Shown one piece after another: positions 26,545 through 36,550 of a stretch of 64,000 bases of DNA (positions within the stretch are counted from its first letter, which is position 1; each line of letters starts with the position of its first letter). This DNA is from Raillietiella orientalis (taxonomy: Eukaryota), in contig JAYWIR010000035.1 of the NCBI GenBank assembly GCA_036172245.1, forward strand, positions 1,054,001-1,118,000. The letters run 5' to 3'. A program made the position numbers and the translations under genes. The notes below the pieces were generated by a model. It was not told where the DNA came from and searched no databases. It was given only the letters and a program-made list of their open reading frames with translations.

Positions 26545-29500
26545 GCTGAACGTTAATTCTGAAAGCCTAGGAGAACGTCTCGTAAAATGCGAGCAAAGTG
26601 GAATGATTTTTATTCAGACGTGCACAGAGTTGAAAATATTAGTGACGGGGACCAAGAGTTTGGAAAAACTTGCAAGTCATGCCATTTGCATCATCCAATT
26701 GCAAATTGCTACTCTTTATGGAAATGAAGGCTACCTTCACGAGACTACGCAAAGGAAAACTGTTCGTGCTAGAAAGCTTGAAGACACATAGCCATGTTGC
26801 CGTATGAAAAGGAATTTCTTGTAAAGGCGCAGAAAGTAAATACAATAAAAAAAGAAAAAGTTCCCTTTGCAAGCACTAAACTGTTTTTTCCTTCCAGCTT
26901 TTTTTTTTCGGGTTTTTTGTTTTTTGGTTCGCTAGGGCGTGTAATCCTACAGTGTAATTCTTCAGGATAGGGGGCACCCTGGGACCGGAAAATTTCGTTT
27001 GGTGGAGGCCGCGTTTCTTAGTTAGAAAGAGGGAGCAGGGTCCACAAAGCGTTTCAAGAATAACAGGAAGCGATGGGATAGCAAAGTCAACTGTGGCACT
27101 GGATTCGTTCCTTTCGCAACAGTACAAGTTTCAATGTGTCGGGAATTTTTGCATGCCGAAGAAAGTCACGTTTTTTTTCTTCAGGATAGTCGCGAATTTG
27201 CCTCATTTATCTGAAGGCTACAAGCATGGGTGTCATCTTCAAATGAAGCAATTGCTGCTGACATGTGTCCATGCAGCTCCATAAAGGATAAATGAAACTA
27301 TTGGAAATCTGTTTCCCTGGTAAAAGGTTTTTTCTTATACTCCTTCGACATTGTTTGATGCTAAAGCCAGAAAGCTGTAGACGTTGCAGCGAAGTCAGCA
27401 CCAGCACTTTCCGCGCCGAGATGAGAAACAGATGGGAAGATGCATCTTTTCGATTCTTCTGACAAACACCTGATTGCGTAGGCGCGACAGAATACGCAAT
27501 TCCCGACGCAATAGTCTGGATGACTTGGACCAGATCCGGTTGAAATGAGAGAGACTGATGACGGATAATCGCAGTTTATATGAGTGCTTTCCAGGGTCCC
27601 GGACGAGAAGGATAAGAAGTTCTGTTCGTAGATCTCAGAGCCTAGAATATGTTTGCTAACGCTACCTTTCGAGAAAGACATACGGACACCATAGCTGGAT
27701 TTGGGAGGTTGGGATTTCCTCTTGGTCTCTGCCCTCTTTTTTCCCGCAAAGATGAGACTGACTGCAACTCACTTCAAATCTAGAAGCTTGTTTCCGAATT
27801 CCAGCAGAAGAGTGGAATGGTTAACGAAGATCGAAAACATCCGATAGCCATTGTCCAAGACTCGAAAAATATGCACGCATTATCGTACTCTCCAGAACTC
27901 TGTTTACAAGTTTTGTCTTGTAAGGAGCCAATGTGCGTAAAGCCCTTCACCGGATTAAAAAAAATCTATCAAAAGGTCGTTCTGGTGTCGTCGTTTTGGT
28001 GACTTCAGAAGACGGAATCTTTCGAGAATTCTGCAATGCTGGTCTGCTAAGATCCCATTGCTTTCCTTGAAGACCAAGCAATAGATAGGAAGCCCGTCTG
28101 GAGGATTTTAGTAAGGATAAACATCCAAACCTAGGGCTAGAGAAGCAAATTTCCCAGTTTGTAAGCATCTCTGATACGCCACAGAAGAAAAGAAAGAAAC
28201 AGGGGAGAGAAAGGTTTCATCCATATAAGCAAACTCTGACACATATTCGGTTGAAATAACGTATCTGCAACCTTTCTTGTTCAAACAAGTTTCGAATGAA
28301 AATGTCAGCAGAAAGTTCAAGTGTAAAGTTTAAAGTCAGTGTACGTATCTACAAGATGTCAGTATTTCAATTATCCAAGATTATGTATATATCTCTGTCA
28401 TTCTGTATTGCATTTCTTGCGAGTCTCCTTGAGTGAGCAGCACTTACTGAGCTATTTGCATCAGCGGGGTTCTGCTGTCCTTTGCTTGCCCGAATAGAGA
28501 TATACATGCTGTCCATTCCTCATGAATGATTCATCGTTCCCAGAGACGGCCGTGTTATCTATAACCTCAACTTGACTGCAGTGCATTTTTTCTCGACTAA
28601 AATAACAATCAACAGATGTAAATTTAGTAGCAAAGAGCAAAAATGACAAAATTTACGGCATGATTGAAAATAGAGGAAAGGAAGTTAAACATTACAGGTC
28701 GTGCTCCGATTCAGCACCAAGACACGAAACTTCGTCAGCAGAATGATGCTGTTTAAAGGAATGCAAGCGGCTCGATGCACGGAAGCGAAGAACAAAAGGA
28801 GCATGCTTCTCTCATAGGGTCAAAAAAAAAAAAAAAACATGCAGCCAAATGCTTCTATGGAATTTGTTACTGACAGAAGTGATGATGTCTGTCAGTTTCG
28901 ATGTGCGTAACATCAATACGACATGGGAAGCTACTTAGAGATGGGATCTATATCTACGAAGCATGACAGGGATGTGCCCTATTCTGGATTTTTCAGTAAG
29001 AAAGAGACAGAAAAAAAAGAAAACAGACAGAGCATAAATAGCTCTATGTACGAAAACAATAAAAGACAGAAGAACCAATACAGGGGATTTGTTAAAAAAC
29101 GAATTTATTTTCTACAGGTCGTGTTGGGAGTTCCGGTGGTCGAATCGCCATTTCGAGTACATATTTTTTATTGTCCGACATTCCATTCGAAGCAAATGTG
29201 CTACTAGTAAAGTTGGCAAATTCCTCGCCATCATGCAAGGGAGAATGCGATGAAGGGAATGTGCGTGGAGAGAACTCGAAGTTACAAGGCGTTGGGAAAG
29301 CCGTGGGTGCTAGGTTCGGGAACGGAAATGCCTTCCGAATAAAGCTGAAGACGTTTACAACTTCTAGCATTCTTACCTGATAACACCTTGATCCCGAAAT
29401 GCACGAAAACCTGCCACCGAATGAAGACGGGTGTGCCAAAGAGTATTTTTTTTCATCGTATACGCAACAGCTGTACGGTTGAAATTTGTTTGCCACGGGA

Positions 29501-30059
29501 AACTTGGAAAAACAGGGGAATCCGAGAAATAGCCTAACGAACAATTTTTGGGAACCCTACAATCGAAGATGCTTGCACGGGTGTTCATGCAGTCTTGCGG
29601 CTCAGTTGGCTGGATTACAATCCGGCTCAACACAGGGGCAAGAGCTCATCAAATTGGGCTCAACCTGTTGACTGTCCGAACAACCGAGGTGAAGTAACGA
29701 GAGTGCTCATGGCATTCCCGAAAATTTTTCCGCACGGCAACGTGGCTGCTTGATTGCCTTTTTCCTCGAGACGATGTGGGTTCTTCTATCCCCTTTCCCC
29801 CCTCTCTATAAGATCAAGCAGTGAGAAACACACTCGATCCACAGATGGACCGGTGCTGCCCCTGCCATTCACGGAAGACAAATGGTTTCGCATCGGCGTG
29901 CGTTTCCTCGTTTTTCGCAAGCCTGTTGATGAGATGAGAAACCTGGGCTCGAGCAGGAAAAACAAAACGCGAAAGTCATCAGCATGACTTTGGGTTCATG
30001 CCTTACCCCAGGTCCGATGAGCAGTAGGGTCGGTTTGTTTATCTAAGCTCAAGCTATTC

Positions 30060-31188
30060 ACAAAATTTCGCTACCGCACTGCGCGCGTTTAAGACTCCAC
30101 ACTGAACCTCGCATATTCTGGATCTCCGTCCTGGAACATTCGCATTTAGGAGGAGGGCAGGAGGTTGTTAGGACCCCCTTGCACTCGCTTGGACATCTGC
30201 AGCTTTTGCAGGTTGTACCTGAGTATCCAGGAAGACAAGCCTTGCTGCCGTTGCATATCACGATCTCCTTTGCCGGCAAGTTTTTCCCCTGGGTGAGCTC
30301 CCACCTTCTCTTCAAGGCTCTCACGATGAAGGAGGCGTACCATGTGGTTCTATGCCGGGGCTACGCCGCCACTGCGGAAGAGCCCACTCGGGGTTTGCGA
30401 CGACTTCTCAGAGTCTGTCACCTGTCGAGCTACTTTCCAATCATGGGGTGTGTCACCCGGTCACACCGGGGTGTTTATTAAAAACGCTCTATACGTTAGC
30501 GGTGGACCCGCTACGGGCGCTGCTTGTGCTCCATTGGGGACTTTTAAGCAGAGCACGCCTGTCTCACTGGACATTGGGGAGACTGGATGCCCATTGTGCG
30601 GGGAAAGGGAGACCTTCCCCCACTTAATAATCGAGTGTGTTGCCCTCCGCCTCATGTGGGATCGACTCTCGTCGGCCCTACACATTCCGGTGGGCGACCC
30701 TAAAAACATTTTTCGTCGCCTCCTGATTCGGGACGCCCTGCCAGCCGCCGCGTGGGTTGCAGTTCTCTGCAGCATACGCGGAATCCTGGATAAGTGGACC
30801 GCGTCAAGAAGAGGTCGCAGGAGTCGGAATGCCATCCACTGGGCAGTCATCTCCATGGAGAAGGCCTCAAGTTGGCGCCGGCTAAGTAAAATTCTGTCAG
30901 CACTTCTTCGCATCCAGGACCAGATGCAGAGGCCTCTTTACGGCGTACCGTGATCCCTTCCCTTCCCTCCCCTCCCCATAGACACTGTCCCCCAGGCGTT
31001 TTTGTTTTTTTTTCCTGGTTTTTCCGCCCCCTTCGCCAGTGGAGAGGACCTTACCGACCTGCTGGTCGGTACGGACAGATGCCCCAAGACAGTCAGAACC
31101 ATGTGTTCTGACTGAAAAAATTTAAGAAAGGGCCAGACTTCATTGTAAAATTTGAATAATAATAGCCCCGGCTTACCCGGGTGAAAAA
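30060..31188 (+). mobile_element. 3' part of a second Tx1/L1-clade retrotransposon (frameshifted ORF2 C-terminus with zf-RVT, 3' UTR, short A tail)
   Basis: PRIFWISVL, then FIKNALYV and GCPLCGERETFPHLIIECVALRLMWDRL (zf-RVT), with stop at 30951-30953. The 3' UTR is pyrimidine-rich, with a terminal stem-loop CCCGG-CTTAC-CCGGG and A5 at 31184-31188. The 5' boundary is approximate. Confidence 0.85.
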
Positions 31189-31347
31189 CCCACTCTCGGC
31201 ACGGGGATGTAGTGACAAAAAATAACGATACGGGACTCATATGAGGCCCCGTAATCGCAATGAGTAAACTTTAAATCCTTTAACGAGGATCTAATGGAGG
31301 GCAAGTCAGGTGCCAGTAGCCGCGGTAATTTCTGCTCCATAAGTATA
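31188..31347 (+). rRNA. Degenerate ~160-nt 18S rRNA fragment (non-functional)
   Basis: ACCCACTCTCGGCACGGGGATGTAGTGACAAAAAATAACGATACGGGACTC...TTTAAATCCTTTAACGAGGATCTAATGGAGGGCAAGTCAGGTGCCAGTAGCCGCGGTAATT is colinear with eukaryotic 18S up to the universal GTGCCAGCAGCCGCGGTAA (530 loop) motif. It has several substitutions at normally invariant positions, and no further rDNA is visible on either side. Confidence 0.95.
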
Positions 31348-33220
31348 CGAGAAGTCGAGGAGCTTGTCTTCCAGCTTCTCACTCTGGGTTTCATCCACCA
31401 CATTATTTATACCCTCCTGGACCTTGGAGATGCGTTGCAGGAGTTTCCCCTGCTCCTCTCCGCTGGTTCCCGGTTGGACCTCTTCATTCAGCTTCGCCAA
31501 TCCCTCATTGATTTGCAGAGTTTCCTGCGTTTCCTGCGTTTACGGGCTCGCTGTTTCCATTTTCTCTTGTGTTTTTCCTCGGGCCTGTCGGAGGCCTGCT
31601 GCTCCTTGGCAAGCATCCTCCTCTTCCCCTTTTTCCTCACTTCGATGAAGCCGTCCTCCGATACTGGGACGACCTCCCTTACTTTTTTCACCTTCTCGGT
31701 GATTTTTTGAGGCTGTTTCACATCCTTCTGGGGTCTCTCTCGTAGAGGTGAGTCCGCGCATGGTACAACCAGTTGGCGTATTCCGGGAAGCTCCACCTCG
31801 CGTGGCCCGTTGCCTTACAGAAGGCACACACTTCAGGCTGGTTGCAAGACTGGATCTGGTGTCCCTGCTTGCCGCAGCGGAAGCACCGAGATCTTGGACA
31901 AGCAGTGACCCTGTTGCCAAAGTGCTTGCAACCCGTGCAAAATATTGGCTGTTACCTATATCGTATGAAGACTTCCTGGGAAGCCCCATCGATGTGGGCG
32001 AGTCCCGGAATCTTCGCATCCCCAAATAAATTGGTCTTGGCGATGACATCTCCGAATAACACCTTTCCGGAGTAGTTCCGGAAGATCACATCCAAAGCTT
32101 CCCTGTACTTGGTTAGGAAACTCCATACCGCTTGTTTATTTGTTGTCACACGGAATCCTCCAAGAAACACCGTCGTATAAGGCATTTCACAGATTCTGTG
32201 CACCATCCTCCCTTGTACATTTATGCCCTTTTCGATCAGGGCCTCGATGAGGGGTTCACTATCGGCGTAGACTGAGAACCCCGTCGTGCTCGATTTGATT
32301 GCTTGTACGTGGTCAAAGTCTATATTCTCTTTATAGAGGGCCAAATACACCTCTTTGATATTATTTATCCTGATGTGCCGTGTTTTGAATGTGATCGGCT
32401 TCACATTCGGACTGATCCGCACGATCGGCTCATCCACATTTTCGATTTCGCCAACCTCCGGCTTTCCAAATGTTCGTGGTGGTGATTGAGCGTTGGAATT
32501 TCCGGCCGCCACTGCCGCGTAAGAAAATGGCAGCGTCGTTGCAACCGAACAAGATGGCGTCGCGTCCTTCGAGCTCCCCACTACTTGGGAGGTCGTAGGC
32601 TGCGATGCCAGCGCTGTTACATAGGTGACACGCGGCGACACTGCACATTCGCCGAACGCTACCTCCATCAGCTGAGGTGACGTCGGCCTGTCCTCCAACT
32701 CCCCTTGCATTCTTGCGGCGGACTGGTGAACTCCTGTCGCCGTGGTGGAATGCAAGTCCTCCACTGTGATGTCGCTGCTGCTGGTTATTGTCCTCAGCTG
32801 CTCTGCATTGTCACTGGAGGTTGGGATGGAGTCACTGTCCCCCTTTTGCTCTGGAACATTTAGACCTTCCCTGTGGGTAGGATTTGGGGATGATTTGCAG
32901 TTTTAAACTCCTTCGACCCTGAGTCGTTCGTTAAACCCGTTTGCCGTAACTGGTTATGCACGCCCGTAAGCACTCTCTTGCCGCGGCTTGGCGAGTGCAT
33001 ACGGGAACTCCAGAATTCTTTCGGGAGTCACGGATCGCCGTTCCCTTGGGAACTCCCTCCAAAGAGGCTCTACGTACCCGAGGTCCTTTCCCAAGTATTG
33101 CCAGTTTGGTCCCTTCGGGGTTCCTCTTAACAGCGTCACACGTATCCTCAGGTGGCGTGACAGTGAAGGAAAAACCTCGTGAACCTCCATGCGGCAGCGG
33201 CATTGAGCCTCTCTAAGGGG
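31348..33220 (-). mobile_element. 5' part of a Tx1-type retrotransposon: structured leader plus pseudogenised ORF1 (three CCHC knuckles, ZCCHC3-like)
   Basis: Frame open 32902-31952 with SYAAVAA. Past an in-frame stop it reads VFIRYR*QPIFCTGCKHFGNRVTACPRSRCFRCGKQGHQIQSCNQPEVCAFCKATGHARWS (Tx1 'Y.GQP' plus 3 knuckles). A frameshifted DGFIEVRKKGKRR basic tail follows, truncated at the 18S fragment. Confidence 0.85.
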
Positions 33221-36079
33221 TGAACGATTCTTGAGTACTATGCGAACCACGAAAAAGAGAGCCTGGAACGAAGACAGCAAATCGAAGAACCACAGGATTC
33301 CATTCTACGTCTCGAATTCGCTAACCAACTTGTTTTCGCCATCGTTGCCGTCCATAATTTCCGTTGCTGCTTTCAAGCTTCAAGATCTGCATCGCCGCTT
33401 TTTTCCAGAGGTACCACCTTTGGCTTCAGCAAAAATCAATGATGTTGGATGGCACGAAAGGCTGGCCTAAAGTTGCTAGAACTGTTTGCGATTTCCTGGG
33501 GAGCGGTCTGCTTTCGAGCCGGGGTCTTCAGCTCTCCATGACAACCCCACGAGTTTTTTCCTCGTATTTTTTTTTTTTAAATAGGGGAGCTTATTGAATT
33601 CTTTGCTTTCCCCAGACTTCGTAACCTGAGCTCAGTACGGCTTGTTGCCATCTTTGGAAGTAGCAAAACTTATAGGAAACGATTCGAGAAGAGAAAATAC
33701 CCTTTTTGCTTGAGATGGAACCCAAGCAGAAGAAAGCATTTCCATTTTCTGGAGAAGCCAGGGAGGAAGAAAGCATACTCCAGTCTAATCCGGATGGAAG
33801 ACGTGATTCCTGTGGAAGCAACAACAGCAGATAGTTTTTTCGCTATTAACACCCGAGAAGACTAACTTTGTTAGGACGGGATCATTCGAATCCTTCCGAG
33901 GAATTAACTACGTTCCCATGGAAACAAATTGTGAAAGAAGAAATGCGCTGTATCAGGTAAGAACAAAAATTCTATTGGTCTGTGTACGTTTTGCAAGCTG
34001 GGAATGATTTCTAAATGGGCTTTGGTGGAACACAATAGCAACTGGTAAGCGCATCCTCTTCCATATGGAGAGCATAACTCGTGGATCGAAGCACCCATCG
34101 AACAAAGACAAACATTCCCCCAGAATAGATCATAGATTTCCGTAAAAATACGACTGTATAAAAGAGTATTCCTGCCACATATCAGAAATTCCTGTTATGC
34201 TGATTCGCCTCATTATCGACTTTGCCCACCATTTCGTGTATTTGTGATCTTGGACATATAAGGATATGCCGAAGGATGTTCGACTCTCATAGAAAGAATC
34301 GTGATGGGATTATTGCTCGAGGAACTTTGATTCTGTGCAAAATTGCAATTCTTTTGATATGAAGATCTGTGGAAATTATCCAGGAATTTTACGAATAACG
34401 TGGAAGCAGGAAATGAGCACCATCCAAACGGAATGAGAGCTGCAAGCATTTATAAATTGGCTGCACAGCATCCAGCACGTGATGATTGTTGCAACTTTTA
34501 AACTGAAATTCGATGTTCATCACTTAACAGTAGTGCACACTGAATTTTGAACGAATGGCTCTGTGAAGCTCAGAGCCGAGAGAACAGAGATGTCAGCGAA
34601 GTATGGGACTCCGGTCTCCAGTGTCCCGTAGTCATAATGGTCGAGGTAGAGGAGAAGTAGGAAGAAAAGTGGTTGCAGCAGTTGTAGCACTAAGGTAAGA
34701 TGCGGAGTAAAATTGTGAGGAAGAAGAGGAAAAAACAAAACTTCCTTTTTTCTTCCAAATGGAAAGCGAATTCGAAAATCAATAGATGTTAACCTCAGTT
34801 TCATTTTCAAGGACGTCAGTTAATCGTCATTGAACCCTTCGATTTAACTCTTCTTTACTTGGTTGGTGTGATTTTTTTCAAGTGGTTCCTCAAATGTCGG
34901 AAGAAAAAAAAAAACTTGGTGATGAGAGCAGATGACGATGCTGGCTTACTTGGAGACAGAATCAAGAACGAAGCTAGTGGATGCGTTGCAAGGCAGAACG
35001 ATCTCGTTCCTTGCTCCCTGAAGTGTTCTCCGGGAATGTTGAGGGTATTTTGATGGTTTCCTGTTTTCCACTTTATGATTCTGCTTGCGTTAGCCAAGGG
35101 CATGGCATGCGAAGGTTATAGTCGAAGCCGCGTTCATCAGGAACAGCAGAACTAAATAAGTGAAGCGATGAAGCGTTGGATAGTGAAAAATAATGAGAAG
35201 ATTGCTATCGATGGTGTTTGCTGCCGGTCTTGGAAACTATTTCCGAGGTCTCAGAAAGCCACATCCCAGAACCTCCTCCGCTTCACACTTCAGTGTACCT
35301 CCTTGCTTGCTTGGAAGGACATTGAAACCAAAGGAATAGTTTTCTCAAGGCTAGTTGATTCCGGTTCGGATGAGGTCTTGGTCTTTCGAAGACGCAGCAA
35401 TGCCAGTTTACGATTCGCAACACAGAAGCCTGCTGCCACCCTCACCTAGCGAAAGATACAGAATTCCAGTTGTGCCAGGTCATTTATTCACATGGAATAA
35501 GCATACAGTACAGAAATAGCCTTCGTCCGAATGAGTCCATTGGGGAGACCCCAAAGTGAAATAATCAGGATGAGAGTGGAGGGCGAAAGGGTAGGGTTAG
35601 GGAATAAATGAACAGATGGTGAAAGGGATGGACCGGTCTTTAACTAGTAATGACTCCTTGGAGAGTGAGTCGAGAAGATTTGAGGATGGGAAAGGGGAAA
35701 AACAGTTGTAGCTCACCAGTTTGGTTTGCGTAGCTTGTCTGCAGTTGTTCCGATGAGCCTTTGAGCGTCAATTGGGGACCAATCCACGACCACTACGCAT
35801 CTGTTCTACTAAAGAATTGAAGGATTCTCGGGATGATAGCAGAAGAGCAGCAGTGATGCTTTTCTGCTGTTCGGACGCTACTGTTATTCCTATAAAGCAA
35901 AATCTTGCTAAAGGGAAGGCAGCCGGCAATTACGAGAAGAACGCTCTCCTCACCACTTATTGGAGTGAGATCACCGGAGTGGACCAGAACAATGTGTAGT
36001 CTAGTCATCTGCCTAGGGTTTGGCATGAAGGCAGCCTTCCATATTCCAGATGAGGAAGAACTAGAAAAAAATAAAATAA

Positions 36080-36550
36080 AAACTTACTGCTGGAGCTCCC
36101 ACCAGTTTGCTGATAAGGGTTTGTCGATGATGTCTCTTGACAACAGTAGTCTGCTCATACAGAGCAACGTCTCACCTCACGCACTTCTGATTATTTCCCT
36201 GATCCATGTGATCTTAGTGCTCACGAATGAAACGCAAGCAACCCTTTCGTGATCGAAAGGATTCTGTGACTAATCGTTCGCACTCCAGGCATCGAAGCCT
36301 TTTGCGGTCCGAATGCTCCGTTTACCCATTCGAAGCTCCAATTTTAATACATGGTGCAGCAGCACAAAGCACTTCCAGATGATGGAACGATTGGACAAAG
36401 TCTTCCAGTCGTAGAAGGAGACCCTGATAAAAATGATGGGCAATTATGTTTGGTTTCTGTGCCTCCTTTATGACTTTGGACTGTCGAACAATGTAGGAGT
36501 TTCAAAGGAGATTGATCATTCCAGAGTAGGAAGCACTCATTCATTGCTTG
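36080..36550 (-). mobile_element. Possible decayed LINE reverse transcriptase fragment
   Basis: Minus-strand DHMDQGNNQKCVR*DV...HRQTLISKLVG resembles 'LD.G..V..V.LD...AFD.V.H..LL.KL'. Confidence 0.3.

Noticed and set aside
31188..31347. A functional rRNA gene or rDNA unit
   Set aside because: Only ~160 nt long, mutated at invariant positions (e.g. GTGCCAGTAGCC), and flanked by retrotransposon sequence.
33220..33330. Upstream 18S flank at the 5' end of the Tx1 ORF1 half
   Set aside because: No match to ...GGAAGGCAGCAGGCGCGCAAATT here or near 30060, so only the 3' junction supports target specificity.
35588..35602. Telomere-like GGGTAGGGTTAGGG
   Set aside because: About two units only, as expected by chance.
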